Notes: generated by a model not told the origin, from the letters alone. A stretch of 64,000 bases of DNA from Actinomycetes bacterium (GCA_046565705.1 JBKHYE010000114.1:2164-66163); one strand, 5' to 3'; counted from the first letter of the stretch, positions 33,485-44,699 are shown. Numbers and translations: made by a program.

Positions 33485-34351
33485 TCACCTATCGGCCCAG
33501 CGGACCCACGGCCGGCTGACGGCGCGCAGCAGCCAGTCGGCGAGCAGGCCGACGACGGCGAACACCAGGATGCCGACGATCACCTGGTCGGTGCGGCCGC
33601 TCTCGCGCGCGGCGTTCATCATCGCGCCGACGCCGAGGCTCGCGCCGGACAGCTCGGCGACGATGACGACGGTCCACGCGAGGGTCAGCGACAGCCGCAG
33701 GCCGGTGACCACCTCGGGCAGCGCGCTCGGCAGGTAGATCCGGCGCCACAGCCACCGCCGCGGCGTGCCGAGCATGCGCGCGGTCTCGACGTGCGCCCTC
33801 GGCACGCGCGCCGTCGCGTCGCCGACCGCCACCAGCACCGGCCAGAGCGCGCCGACGAAGATGATCGCCCGGGCCGAGCCCTCGCCGATGCCGAACCACA
33901 CGAGCACGAGGGGCAGCCAGGCGAACAGCGGCACCGCGCGCAGCGCGTTCAGCACCGGGTCCAGCAGGTCGCGGGCCAGCGACGACAGACCGAGGGCCAG
34001 CCCGACGACGGTCCCGACGACGACGGCCGCGACCCAGGACACGGCGGCCCGCTGCAGGCTGGCCGCCAGGTGGTCCCAGCCGGTGCCGGTGAACGGCACG
34101 ACGCCGGCCAGCCGCAGGCCGCCCTCGTCGCCGGCGAAGAAGGCGACGAGCTGCTCGCCGACGACGGTCGGCGCCGGCAGCAGGCGCGGCGAGAAGACGC
34201 CGGCCGTCGCGACGAGCTGCCAGCCGACCAGCAGGAGGGCGGGCACGGCGACGCCGAGCAGCCGGCGGTAGCGCGGCCGGCGCCGGCGCCGGCCTGCGGG
34301 CGCGGCCCCGGGCACGGCCTCCAGCAGCGTCTCCAGCCGCACCGCCGGCAC
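33485..34351 (-). CDS. ABC transporter permease (NitT/TauT family)
   Basis: Six hydrophobic segments. The conserved cytoplasmic loop ETARMLGTPRRWLWRRIYLPSALP is typical of SsuC/TauC-type permeases. Confidence 0.88.
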   Translation of the reverse strand: MPAVRLETLLEAVPGAAPAGRRRRRPRYRRLLGVAVPALLLVGWQLVATAGVFSPRLLPAPTVVGEQLVAFFAGDEGGLRLAGVVPFTGTGWDHLAASLQRAAVSWVAAVVVGTVVGLALGLSSLARDLLDPVLNALRAVPLFAWLPLVLVWFGIGEGSARAIIFVGALWPVLVAVGDATARVPRAHVETARMLGTPRRWLWRRIYLPSALPEVVTGLRLSLTLAWTVVIVAELSGASLGVGAMMNAARESGRTDQVIVGILVFAVVGLLADWLLRAVSRPWVRWADR

Positions 34352-34354
34352 CGG

Positions 34355-35392
34355 CTAGACGTCCCAGTACTCGCGGGCGAACAGCTTCTCGACGTCGGGC
34401 TCCTGCGCGATGCCGCCCTGCTGAACGAGCATCGTCGCGGCACCCTTCACCTGCTCGACGCGCGCGTCGTCGAACTCCCAGCGCGCGCCGATGTTGTCGA
34501 GCACCTGCTCGTAGACCGGCTCGGAGAAGCCGAACGAGTCCACCAGCAGCGACTTCCAGACCTGCGGGTCGTTCTCGCCGCCCGGGCTGAGCAGCTCCGC
34601 GGCGTCCTTCTGCATCCGGCAGACGGCGCGCACGACGTCGGGACGCTCCACCAGCACCTTCGCCGACGCCCAGTTCGCGGTGTTGAAGTCGCCCACCGCG
34701 GTCGTGCCCGCCTCCGGCAGGCGCACGCCGTCGGCCTCCACGACCGCCTGTGTCACAGGGGGCTCCGAGCCCATGAAGGCGTCGACGTCGCCGCGCGAGA
34801 ACGCCGTGACGTGGTCGGCGAAGCCGAGCGGGATGCCCTCGACGTCCTTGCCGAGCTCCAGGCCGGCCGAGCGCAGGACGTCGTTGAGGATGAGCACCTG
34901 CAGGGTCGGCGGCGGGACGGCGATCCGCTTGCCCCGCAGGTCCGCGACCTCCTCGACGATCCCGCGCTTGCCGACCAGCCCGAGGCCGCCGCGCGAGATC
35001 ATCCCGACGATCCGCGAGGTGATCAGGGACGGGTCCTGCGCCAGGGCGATGATCGGCGTGTACGGCGCGAGCAGGCCGAAGTCGAGCGAGCCGCTCTCCA
35101 GCCCGTCCTGCACCTCGGTGGCGCTCTTGACCGGGATGACCTCGACGGTGATGCCCTCGGGGGCGAAGCGGTCCCAGAACAGCGCGGACGAGGCGTGGTT
35201 CTTGGCGTACACGCAGGTGCGCACGGTGTACGGCTCGAGCGCCTCACCGGACGCCGCGGCGCGCGGGGCGGCGGCCGCCGACCCGTCGGCGCCGCCACCT
35301 GACCCACAGGCGGCGAGCAGGGCAGCGGCACCGGCACCGGCGGACAGGCCGAGGAACCGGCGCCGGGTCAGGTCGCCGAACGGAGAGGGCAC
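34355..35392 (-). CDS. ABC substrate-binding lipoprotein (NMT1/THI5-SsuA-like) with Tat signal
   Basis: GTG 35392 after GGAGGA. LTRRRFLGLSAGAGAAALLAAC combines a twin-arginine motif with a lipobox Cys. The periplasmic-binding fold is consistent with the two downstream transporter genes. Confidence 0.85.
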   Translation of the reverse strand: MPSPFGDLTRRRFLGLSAGAGAAALLAACGSGGGADGSAAAAPRAAASGEALEPYTVRTCVYAKNHASSALFWDRFAPEGITVEVIPVKSATEVQDGLESGSLDFGLLAPYTPIIALAQDPSLITSRIVGMISRGGLGLVGKRGIVEEVADLRGKRIAVPPPTLQVLILNDVLRSAGLELGKDVEGIPLGFADHVTAFSRGDVDAFMGSEPPVTQAVVEADGVRLPEAGTTAVGDFNTANWASAKVLVERPDVVRAVCRMQKDAAELLSPGGENDPQVWKSLLVDSFGFSEPVYEQVLDNIGARWEFDDARVEQVKGAATMLVQQGGIAQEPDVEKLFAREYWDV

Positions 35393-35521
35393 AGGTCCTC
35401 CAGGGTCAGGGGGCCGGCACTCCGCCCGCGCATCAACCTACGTACATATGCCTTCGCACGCGCGGCGGCGGCGGTTCTGTGCGGCGCACCGGCGGTCCGC
35501 CGCCACTGCGCGCCGCGGACC

Positions 35522-36262
35522 GTGTTGGATCGAGCCGTGACCGCCCCCGCCCGGAGCGGCTGGATGGACCTGCTCGGCCTGGCCGAGGACGAGGTGCCCC
35601 GGCTGCTCGTCCTCGAGAGCACCTGGTGGCGCCAGGACGCCCTGGACCGCCGGCTGACCGCCCTGTCCGACGTCCGCGAGCTCGGCATGCCCGACCTGTG
35701 GCACGGCTGGCACGGGGAGCTGCCGGTCGCCTACGGCGTCGTCTACGGCGCCCCGCACGCCGTCGAGCGGGTGCACGTGCTCGGGACCTGCGGCACGCCG
35801 GTCGTCGCGCACCTCGGGTCGTGCGGGGCGCTGTCGCCGGCGCTGCAGGTCGGCGACATCGTGCTGCCGGAGAAGGCCACGATCGGCGAGGGGGCCTCGC
35901 AGTACTACGGCGGCAGCGGCGCCGCGCCCGCCAACCTCGGCAAGGTCGCCCGCGCCGCCGCGCTGCTGGCCGCGCGGGGCGTGCATGCGCATCGCGGCAC
36001 GACCGTGACGACGTCGGCGGCGCTGGCGATGCCGGCCCGGCTGCTCAAGCAGTGGCAGAAGGCCGGGCACCTCGCCGTCGACCTGGAGGCCTCGGCCGTC
36101 TTCTCGGCGGCGGCGGCGTTCTCGATGCGCGCGGTGTCGCTGCTCTACGTGTGGGACGCGCTGCCGCGCCGCCCGGTCTCCGCGGAGTTCACCGAGGAGG
36201 AGCAGGAGGCGCAGGAGCACGCCGCCGCCGAGGTGTGGGACATCGCCCTGCAGCTGGGCTGA
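35522..36262 (+). CDS. Nucleoside phosphorylase superfamily (PNP_UDP_1-like) protein
   Basis: VAHLGSCGALSPALQVGDIVLPEKA, GTTVTTSA, HLAVDLEASAVFSAA resemble the phosphorylase-1 fold. The start is uncertain (GTG 35522, GTG 35537 or ATG 35564). Confidence 0.55.
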   Translation: MLDRAVTAPARSGWMDLLGLAEDEVPRLLVLESTWWRQDALDRRLTALSDVRELGMPDLWHGWHGELPVAYGVVYGAPHAVERVHVLGTCGTPVVAHLGSCGALSPALQVGDIVLPEKATIGEGASQYYGGSGAAPANLGKVARAAALLAARGVHAHRGTTVTTSAALAMPARLLKQWQKAGHLAVDLEASAVFSAAAAFSMRAVSLLYVWDALPRRPVSAEFTEEEQEAQEHAAAEVWDIALQLG

Positions 36263-36274
36263 TCCGGCGAACCG

Positions 36275-37456
36275 CTACGGCTTGAAGACCACCTTCACGT
36301 AGCCGTCCTTCTTCTGCTGGAACTTCGCGTACGCGTCCGGCGCCTCGGCCAGCGGCAGCGCGTGGGTGTGGAACGTGTCGACGCCGAGCGGGTCGTCGTC
36401 GGTGAGCAGCGGCAGGATCTCCGGCACCCACTTCTTCACGTTGGCCTGGCCCATGCGCAGCTGCACCTGCTTGTCGAACAGCTGCATCATCGGGATCGGG
36501 TCGGCCGCTCCCCCGTACACGCCCGACAGCGAGATCGTGCCGCCGCGCCGCACGACGTCGAAGGCGGTGTAGAGCGCGGCCAGCCGGTCGGTGCCGGCCT
36601 TCTGGATGAGCGGTGCCGCGACGGCGTCGGGCAGGAACGACGACATCGTGTGGACGAGCTTGTTCACCGGCGAGCCGTGCGCCTCCATGCCGACGGCGTC
36701 GACCACCGAGTCGGGGCCGCGGCCGTCGGTGAGCTCGCGGACGGCGTCGGACAGGCCGTCGCCGTGCTGCTCGAGGTCGAGCACCTCGACGCCGCGGCCC
36801 GCGGCGCGCTGCAGCCGCTCGGGCACGAGGTCGACGCCGAGCACCCGGAAGCCCTTGTGCATCGCGATGCGGCAGGCCATGTCGCCGATCGGGCCGAGGC
36901 CCAGCACCAGCAGCGTGCCGCCGTCCGGCACCGCGGCGTACTCGACCGCCTGCCACGCCGTCGGGAGAACGTCGGACAGGTAGACGAAGCGCTCGTCCGG
37001 CGGCCCCTCGGGCACCTTGACGTGCGTGAAGTCGGCGTGCGGCACCCGCAGGTACTCGGCCTGCCCGCCGGCCAGCTGGCCGTAGAGCTTGGAGTAGCCG
37101 AACAGCGTGGCGCCGGTGCCGTGCTCGCGCACCTGCGTCGTCTCGCACTGCGTGTAGAGCTGCAGGCCGCACATGTGGCACGAGCCGCAGGAGACCTGGA
37201 ACGGGATGACGACGCGGTCGCCCGCCTTGAGGTTCGTGACCGCCGAGCCGACCTCCTCGACGATCCCCATCGGCTCGTGGCCGAGCACGTCGCCGGTGCC
37301 CATGAAGGGACCCAGCACCTCGTACAGGTGCAGGTCCGAGCCGCACAGGTTGGTCGTCGTCATCCGCACGACGGCGTCGGACGGCTCCTGGAGGACCGGG
37401 TCCGGCACCTCCTCGACGCGGACGTCGCGCTTGCCGTGCCAGGTCACTGCCTTCAT
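36275..37456 (-). CDS. Zinc-dependent alcohol/formaldehyde dehydrogenase family (MDR)
   Basis: ATG 37456 after GAGGAGG. Catalytic Zn CGSDLH...GHEPMG, structural Zn CGSCHMCGLQLYTQC, Rossmann LVLGLGPIGDM. Confidence 0.9.
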   Translation of the reverse strand: MKAVTWHGKRDVRVEEVPDPVLQEPSDAVVRMTTTNLCGSDLHLYEVLGPFMGTGDVLGHEPMGIVEEVGSAVTNLKAGDRVVIPFQVSCGSCHMCGLQLYTQCETTQVREHGTGATLFGYSKLYGQLAGGQAEYLRVPHADFTHVKVPEGPPDERFVYLSDVLPTAWQAVEYAAVPDGGTLLVLGLGPIGDMACRIAMHKGFRVLGVDLVPERLQRAAGRGVEVLDLEQHGDGLSDAVRELTDGRGPDSVVDAVGMEAHGSPVNKLVHTMSSFLPDAVAAPLIQKAGTDRLAALYTAFDVVRRGGTISLSGVYGGAADPIPMMQLFDKQVQLRMGQANVKKWVPEILPLLTDDDPLGVDTFHTHALPLAEAPDAYAKFQQKKDGYVKVVFKP

Positions 37457-37507
37457 GCGGGGCCTCCTCGATCGGCTCGGCTCCCGCCCTCCCCCGGCTG
37501 CTGCCCG

Positions 37508-38272
37508 CTACACCCCGACGGCGCTGAACCCGCCGTCGACGAACACCGTCGTGCCGGTGGTGCGCGGGAACCAGTCGCTGAGCAGCGCGACGCACGCCTT
37601 GGCGACGGGCTCGGCGTCGTCGGCGTCCCAGCCGAGCGGCGCGCGCGCGTCCCACACCCGCTCGAGCTGCTCGAAGCCCGGGACCGAGCGCGCTGCCATC
37701 GTCCGCAGCGGGCCGGCCGCGACCAGGTTGACGCGGACGCCCCGCGGACCGAGGTCGCGGGCGAGGTAGCGGCAGGCGGACTCGAGGCCGGCCTTGGCCA
37801 CGCCCATCCAGTCGTAGGACGGCCAGGCCACGCGGGCGTCGAAGTCGAGCCCGACGTACGAGCCGCCGTCCTGCAGGAGCGGCAGGCAGGCGCGCGCGAG
37901 GGCCGGGAACGACCAGGTGCTCACCTGCAGCGCGGTGGCGACGTCCTCCCACGAGGTGTCGAGCAGGCCGTTCCCCAGCGCGCTCGGCGGCGCGAACCCG
38001 ATGGCGTGCAGGACGCCGTCGAGCCCGCCGACGTGCTCGCGCAGCCGGTCCGGCAGGGCGGCGAGGTCGTCCTCGCTGGTGACGTCGAGCTCGCCGCCGG
38101 GCGGCTGCCCCGGCAGCCGCCTCGCGACCCGCCGCGTGAGCTGCATCGGACGGCCGAAGCTCGAGAGCACCACCGTCGCGCCCTGCTCGACGGCGAGCCG
38201 CGCGACGGCGGCGGCGATCGAGCGCTCGGTGAGGACGCCGGTGACGAGCAGGCGCCTGCCCTCGAGGATCAC
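37508..38272 (-). CDS. fabI: Enoyl-ACP reductase (NADH), FabI/InhA type
   Basis: GTG 38272 overlaps the acp stop (GTGA). LLVTGVLTERSIA. Catalytic block DFDARVAWPSYDWMGVAKAGLES has the Phe/Tyr/Lys of InhA. VRVNLVAAGPLRTMAA. Confidence 0.9.
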   Translation of the reverse strand: MILEGRRLLVTGVLTERSIAAAVARLAVEQGATVVLSSFGRPMQLTRRVARRLPGQPPGGELDVTSEDDLAALPDRLREHVGGLDGVLHAIGFAPPSALGNGLLDTSWEDVATALQVSTWSFPALARACLPLLQDGGSYVGLDFDARVAWPSYDWMGVAKAGLESACRYLARDLGPRGVRVNLVAAGPLRTMAARSVPGFEQLERVWDARAPLGWDADDAEPVAKACVALLSDWFPRTTGTTVFVDGGFSAVGV

Positions 38273-38520
38273 GCCGCGGCGTTCACCTTGGCGGCGATGA
38301 CGTCGACGAAGGCGCCGATCGTCTTGACGTCGACGAGCTCCTCCTCGGGCAGCTCGATGCCGAAGTGGTCCTCGAGGTCCATGGTGAGCTCGACCAGCGA
38401 CAGCGAGTCGACGTCGAGGTCGCTGACGAAGGACTTGTCCTCCTGCACCTGCTCGGCGTCGACCTCGAGCAGCGCGACGGCCTTCTCCCGCAGGACCTGC
38501 AGCACCTCGGCACGCTCCAT
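38269..38520 (-). CDS. acpP: Acyl carrier protein
   Basis: ATG 38520. 83 aa. FVSDLDVDSLSLVELTMDLEDHFGIELP carries the DSL phosphopantetheine site. Confidence 0.92.
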   Translation of the reverse strand: MERAEVLQVLREKAVALLEVDAEQVQEDKSFVSDLDVDSLSLVELTMDLEDHFGIELPEEELVDVKTIGAFVDVIAAKVNAAA

Positions 38521-38559
38521 GGCGCGCCAGGCTAGTGGCGCCCGGCGCTGCGCGCGCGC

Positions 38560-40190
<1,631 letters not shown>

Positions 40191-40273
40191 CCGAGCGACG
40201 GCGACGGGCGCCGGCGCCGCACGCCGTCCCGCACGAGTCGTGGGCCGCCGTCCGCGGCCCTACGCTCGTCGCC

Positions 40274-41464
40274 GTGAAGCGCCTGCCCGAGCCGCGCCGT
40301 GTCGTCGTGACCGGCCTCGGCGTCGTGTCGCCCGCGGGTACCGGGCTCGAGGCGTTCTGGAAGGGGCTGCAGACGCCGCCGGCCGACGAGCGCGAGCGCC
40401 GGGTCGAGGGCTTCGACCCCTCGCCCTGGCTGTCGCCGAAGGAGACTCGCCACCTCGACCGGTTCGGTCAGCTGGCAATCGCCGCCGGCGAGATGGCGGT
40501 CGACGACGCCGGCGGCCCGACCGCGCTGCTCGACGGCCGCGACCGTGCCCGCGCCGGCGTGCACCTCGGCACGGGCATCGGCGGCGTCGGCACGCTCGAG
40601 ACCCAGGTCGGCGTGCTGGCCGACCGCGGCCCGCGCCGGGTCTCGCCGTTCACCATCCCGATGGTCATGCCGAACGCCGGCGCGGCCGCGCTGTCGCTGC
40701 GCTGGGGCCTCACCGGGCCGAGCGAGACGCTGACGACGGCATGCGCCGCGGGCACGCACTCCGTCGCGGCCGGCGCGCGGCTGGTCGCGGACGGCCGGTG
40801 CGACGTCGTGCTCGCGGGCGGCGCCGAGTCCTCGATGACGCCGACGACGCTCGCCGCGTTCGGGATCATGACGGCGCTGTCGTCCTCGGGCGTCTCACGC
40901 CCCTTCGACGCGGCGCGCGACGGCTTCTGCATCTCCGAGGGTGCCGCCGTGCTGGTGCTCGAGGAGCGCGAGTCGGCGCTGGCGCGCGGCGCCCGCGTCT
41001 ACGGCGAGGTGCTCGGCAGCGGCAGCACCTGCGACGCCCACCACATCACCGCACCGGCGCCGGGGGGCACGGGTGCGGCGCAGTGCATGCGGCTGGCGCT
41101 CGAGGACGCCGACCTGCGGCCGGAGGACGTCCGTGCCGTCAACGCGCACGGCACGTCGACGCCGCTCAACGACGCCGCGGAGGCGGCCGCCGTGACGTCG
41201 GTGTTCGGCGCCGGCGCGGTGCCCGTGAGCAGCATCAAGGGCGTCACCGGCCACAGCCTCGGGGCGGCCGGCGCGGTCGAGGTGGTGTCGGTGCTGCTGT
41301 CGTTCGTGCACCGCGAGCTGCCGCCGACGATGGGCACCGCCGACGTCGACCCGTCGCTGGAGGTCGACGTCGTCCTCGAGCCACGCGCCTGGGAGCCCGG
41401 GCCGACGGTGAGCAACTCCTTCGGCTTCGGCGGTCACAACGGCTCGCTCGTCCTCGCGCCGTGA
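40274..41464 (+). CDS. fabF: Beta-ketoacyl-ACP synthase II (FabF/KasA-like)
   Basis: GTG 40274. [11 protein letters not shown], active-site [46 protein letters not shown]. Confidence 0.92.
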   Translation: MKRLPEPRRVVVTGLGVVSPAGTGLEAFWKGLQTPPADERERRVEGFDPSPWLSPKETRHLDRFGQLAIAAGEMAVDDAGGPTALLDGRDRARAGVHLGTGIGGVGTLETQVGVLADRGPRRVSPFTIPMVMPNAGAAALSLRWGLTGPSETLTTACAAGTHSVAAGARLVADGRCDVVLAGGAESSMTPTTLAAFGIMTALSSSGVSRPFDAARDGFCISEGAAVLVLEERESALARGARVYGEVLGSGSTCDAHHITAPAPGGTGAAQCMRLALEDADLRPEDVRAVNAHGTSTPLNDAAEAAAVTSVFGAGAVPVSSIKGVTGHSLGAAGAVEVVSVLLSFVHRELPPTMGTADVDPSLEVDVVLEPRAWEPGPTVSNSFGFGGHNGSLVLAP

Positions 41465-42252
41465 CCGCCACCGGACGGCTCGCCGACGACCTCGCGCTCG
41501 CCCACGAGCTGGCCGACGCCGCGGACGCCCTGACGCTCGACCGCTTCCGCGCCGTCGACCTCCAGGTGCAGAGCAAGCCGGACCTGACGCCGGTCAGCGA
41601 TGCCGACCTCGCCGTGGAGGACGCCGTCCGCGCGCTGCTGGCCGCCCTGCGGCCGGCCGACGCCGTGCTCGGTGAGGAGCACGGCTCGACCGGTGCGGGG
41701 CCCCGCCAGTGGGTCGTCGACCCGGTCGACGGCACGAAGAGCTTCGTCCGGGGCGTCCCGGTGTGGGCGACGCTCGTCGCGCTGCAGGTCGAGGGGTCCG
41801 TCGACGTCGGCGTCGTGAGCGCCCCGGCGCTCGGCCGGCGCTGGTGGGCGGCCCGCGGCCTCGGCGCGCACGCCGGCCCCTCGCAGCGGGCGGCGAGCGC
41901 GCTGCGCGTCAGCCGGGTCGGTGCGCTCTCCGACGCGTCGCTGTCGTTCTCGTCGCTGTCGGGGTGGGAGGAGCGCGGCCGCCTCGACGGGCTGCTCGGG
42001 CTCACCCGGCGGTGCTGGCGCACGCGGGCCTACGGCGACTTCTGGTCGCACGTGCTCGTCGCCGAGGGCGCGGTCGACGTCTCGTGCGAGCCGGAGGTCT
42101 CGCTGTGGGACCTGGCCGCGCTGCAGGTGGTCGTCGAGGAGGCGGGCGGGCGCTTCACCGACCTGTCCGGTGCCGCCCGGCCCGACGGCGGCAGCGTCGT
42201 CTGCACCAACGGGCTGCTGCACGACGAGGTCCTGGCGCTGCTCGCCGGCTGA
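41461..42252 (+). CDS. hisN: Histidinol-phosphatase, inositol-monophosphatase family (HisN)
   Basis: GTG 41461 overlaps the fabF stop (GTGA). [65 protein letters not shown]. Co-linear with M. tuberculosis HisN from memory. Confidence 0.88.
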   Translation: MTATGRLADDLALAHELADAADALTLDRFRAVDLQVQSKPDLTPVSDADLAVEDAVRALLAALRPADAVLGEEHGSTGAGPRQWVVDPVDGTKSFVRGVPVWATLVALQVEGSVDVGVVSAPALGRRWWAARGLGAHAGPSQRAASALRVSRVGALSDASLSFSSLSGWEERGRLDGLLGLTRRCWRTRAYGDFWSHVLVAEGAVDVSCEPEVSLWDLAALQVVVEEAGGRFTDLSGAARPDGGSVVCTNGLLHDEVLALLAG

Positions 42253-42268
42253 GGGCCGGGACTCGTCC

Positions 42269-42316
42269 GACATCTGCAGTTCCGACACGTCCTGACGTGT
42301 CCGAACTGCAGATGTC
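42269..42316. repeat. Palindromic element copy 2 (23-nt arms, 2-nt spacer); probable bidirectional terminator
   Basis: GACATCTGCAGTTCCGACACGTC-CT-GACGTGTCCGAACTGCAGATGTC, with 22/23 arm complementarity. It lies between the convergent 3' ends of hisN and the zinc-finger ORF. The core 42273-42312 is 34/40 identical to 8719-8758. Confidence 0.7.
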
Positions 42317-42348
42317 GCCGGCAGAACGACGCGGCCGGCTGACGCGGA

Positions 42349-42546
42349 TCAGTCGCGCGTCGTCCCGCAGTCCGTGCAGCGCTTGCGCCGGCCGCTGTTC
42401 GCGGTCGCGCAGTTCTCGCACGCCCACGGCGGCGGGGCGGGCGGCCGCGGGCGACGCCGACGGGCGCGCGGCGGGGGGACCGGGAGCTCGAGGGTTCTGG
42501 TCATGCGCACCAGTGCACGCCGAGCAGGTTCCGGGCGCGAGAACAC
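42349..42546 (-). CDS. Small basic protein with RanBP2-type zinc finger
   Basis: The C-terminus WACENCATANSGRRKRCTDCGTTR fits W-x-C-x2-C-x3-N-x6-C-x2-C exactly. It is preceded by an Arg/Pro-rich tract. The start is either GTG 42546 (65 aa) or ATG 42504 (51 aa), and neither has a clear SD. Confidence 0.55.
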   Translation of the reverse strand: MFSRPEPARRALVRMTRTLELPVPPPRARRRRPRPPAPPPWACENCATANSGRRKRCTDCGTTRD

Positions 42547-42585
42547 CGCGCTACGAGCGGGTTTCGACCGTCTGTCGGAGACGGG

Positions 42586-42972
42586 TCAGCGGTCGGCCGA
42601 CGCTGCGCGCAGGTCGATGACCTTCGCCGGCGGCTCGAGCCCGTCGACGAGCCCGTCGACGAGCGACGCCGACGGCAGCCGCCCCTCGGCCCACGCCCAG
42701 AGCACCTCCTCGCGCAGCCGCGCGACCTCGGTGCGGAGGCTGTCGAGTGCGCTCTGCGCGTCGGCGGCCCGCTGCTCCGCCGCGGCGGCGCGGGCCTCGG
42801 CGGCGGCCGCTGCGGCGGCGTGCGCGTCGGCCAGCTCGCGCAGGTGGCGCAGCTCGTCGGCGACCTGCCGCAGCAGCACCGCCTGCCGGCGGGCGGCCTC
42901 GCGGCGCGCCGTCCGGCCCGGCATCAGCCGTGCCAGCAGCCCGGAGCGCTTGGCGTGCCGACCGCGGGACAT
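42586..42972 (-). CDS. Hypothetical coiled-coil protein
   Basis: ATG 42972. Basic N-terminus, then an Ala/Glu/Arg-rich heptad-like stretch (LRQVADELRHLRELADAHAAAAAAAEARAAAAEQRAADAQSALDSLRTEVARLREEV). No family recognised. Confidence 0.55.
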   Translation of the reverse strand: MSRGRHAKRSGLLARLMPGRTARREAARRQAVLLRQVADELRHLRELADAHAAAAAAAEARAAAAEQRAADAQSALDSLRTEVARLREEVLWAWAEGRLPSASLVDGLVDGLEPPAKVIDLRAASADR

Positions 42973-43028
42973 GGCCGCAGGCTAGGGACCTGCACCGCGT
43001 CGGCGGGTGCGCCACGCCGCAACGCGGG

Positions 43029-43847
43029 TCAGGCCGCCTCGCGCAGCGGGCGCCGGCTGTGCGCGTCGGCCTCGTCCGGGTCGACCGGGACGGCGGCGCG
43101 CCGCCGCGACCACCAGGCGACGAGCGCCGGTGCGGCGGCCAGCGCGGCGGCGTCGAACCAGGCGTAGCCGCCGGCGATGCCGCTCGGCGGGTTCCCGATC
43201 GTGACGACGCCGAGCACCGGGTCGACCGCGCCCCACGTCCAGGTGCCCAGCGAGGTCCCGAGGATCTCGAGGTAGCTCACGACTCCGAAGGCGCCGACGT
43301 ACACGAGCGGGCTGCGCCCGCGCCAGGCGAACAGCACCAGGCAGCCGTACCAGAACGCGCCCAGCGCGTCCGGCCGCGGGGACCACACCAGCCCCCACAG
43401 CGCCCACACCCCGCCGACGACGAGGACCGCGCCGAGCAGCGGCCGCGCGTGGCGGCGGGCGAACCGGGTGCGGCCGAACGACAGGGCCGCGAGGTAGACC
43501 AGCCCGTGCCCCGGCGGGACGAACATCGGCACCGTTCCCATCCGGTACTCGTAGACGCCAAGCCACCACGAGAAGACGTACTCCACGCTCGTGGCGAACA
43601 CGACGACGACGCCGACCTGCGCGCGCACCAGCGGGCTCTCGCGCCGCAGCAGCGCGACGAGCAGCAGCCACGTCGGCACGCCGAGCAGCACCTGCTGCGC
43701 CGTCACGCCTGCCACTGCGGTGGCGCGCTCGGCGACCAGCACGACGGCGATCCACGCGACGACCGTGCCGGTCAGCACGGCGTCACGGGAGGGCCTCACC
43801 GGCCCAGGCTGCCAGACGGCGCCGCGCCCGGCACCCGACCCGTCCAC
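43029..43847 (-). CDS. Hypothetical polytopic membrane protein
   Basis: About 7 hydrophobic segments, Trp/Gly-rich ([26 protein letters not shown]). The start is uncertain and no family is recognised. Confidence 0.6.
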   Translation of the reverse strand: MDGSGAGRGAVWQPGPVRPSRDAVLTGTVVAWIAVVLVAERATAVAGVTAQQVLLGVPTWLLLVALLRRESPLVRAQVGVVVVFATSVEYVFSWWLGVYEYRMGTVPMFVPPGHGLVYLAALSFGRTRFARRHARPLLGAVLVVGGVWALWGLVWSPRPDALGAFWYGCLVLFAWRGRSPLVYVGAFGVVSYLEILGTSLGTWTWGAVDPVLGVVTIGNPPSGIAGGYAWFDAAALAAAPALVAWWSRRRAAVPVDPDEADAHSRRPLREAA

Positions 43848-43938
43848 CTGACGACGGGGCGGACGGGCGGGACCTCAGCGGGCCCCGCGGACCACACGCG
43901 TGCCGAGGTGGACGCGACGGCTGCCGCGCTCGCGCCCG

Positions 43939-44628
43939 TCAGGCGTCGGGCAGCTCGACCTTCGCCGGCCCCTGGCCGTGCGCCTCGACGTCGTACGCCA
44001 CCTGGCAGAACCCGTGGTTGCAGTAGCCGCGCGGGTTCTTGTGCAGGTACTGCTGGTGGTAGTCCTCGGCGTAGTAGAACGGCCCCGCCTCGGCGAACGG
44101 GCGGATCTCGGTGGTGATCTCGCCGTAGCCGGCGGCGGTCAGCGCGGCCTGGTAGCGGTCACGCGAGCGCTTGGCGAGGTCGGCCTGCTCGTCGGTCGTC
44201 GTGTAGAGCGCGCTGCGGTACTGCGTGCCGATGTCGTTGCCCTGGCCCATGGACTGGGTGGGGTCGTGGTTCTCCCAGAACGCCTTGAGCAGCGTCTCGT
44301 ACGACACCCGCGCCGGGTCGTAGACGACCTGCACCGCCTCGGTGTGGCCGGTGCGGCTGGTGCAGGTCTCCTCGTACGTCGGGTGGGGGGTGTAGCCGCC
44401 GGCGTAGCCCGCGGCGGTCGAGTGCACGCCGTCGATCTGCCAGAAGATGCGCTCGGCGCCCCAGAAGCAGCCCATGGCGACGTACGCGACCTCGAGCCCC
44501 TCGGGCCACGGCCCGGTCATCGGCGTGCCGAGCACGACGTGCGTCGGCGCGACCCGCATCGGGGTCTGGCGGCCGGGCAGGGCCTGCTCCGGGGTCACCA
44601 TCTCGGTCGAGCGGCGGGAGAACAGCAC
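43939..44628 (-). CDS. msrA: Peptide-methionine (S)-S-oxide reductase
   Basis: GTG 44628. [23 protein letters not shown]...[13 protein letters not shown]...[17 protein letters not shown]...[12 protein letters not shown] is co-linear with E. coli MsrA. Confidence 0.93.
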   Translation of the reverse strand: MLFSRRSTEMVTPEQALPGRQTPMRVAPTHVVLGTPMTGPWPEGLEVAYVAMGCFWGAERIFWQIDGVHSTAAGYAGGYTPHPTYEETCTSRTGHTEAVQVVYDPARVSYETLLKAFWENHDPTQSMGQGNDIGTQYRSALYTTTDEQADLAKRSRDRYQAALTAAGYGEITTEIRPFAEAGPFYYAEDYHQQYLHKNPRGYCNHGFCQVAYDVEAHGQGPAKVELPDA

Positions 44629-44673
44629 AGGGCGCTCCAGGTGTCAGGGGGCGTCAGGCGGGCTGACCGGGAC

Positions 44674-44699
44674 AACACCCGCCGCGGACGGCCCGTTCC
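44674..44699 (-). promoter_or_regulatory. SigH/SigR-type promoter (GGAAC-N18-GTT) upstream of msrA
   Basis: The plus strand reads AAC(44674-44676)-N18-GTTCC(44695-44699). On the minus strand this is GGAAC-N18-GTT. It sits in the 75-nt bfr-msrA spacer, with the -10 element about 46 nt upstream of the msrA GTG. Confidence 0.55.

Noticed and set aside
35393-35521. TPP or other riboswitch upstream of the NMT1/THI5-like binding-protein gene.
   Set aside because: I found no CUGAGA or ACCUGAUCUGGAUAAUGCCAGCG-like elements on the minus strand. The region looks like a plain divergent promoter.
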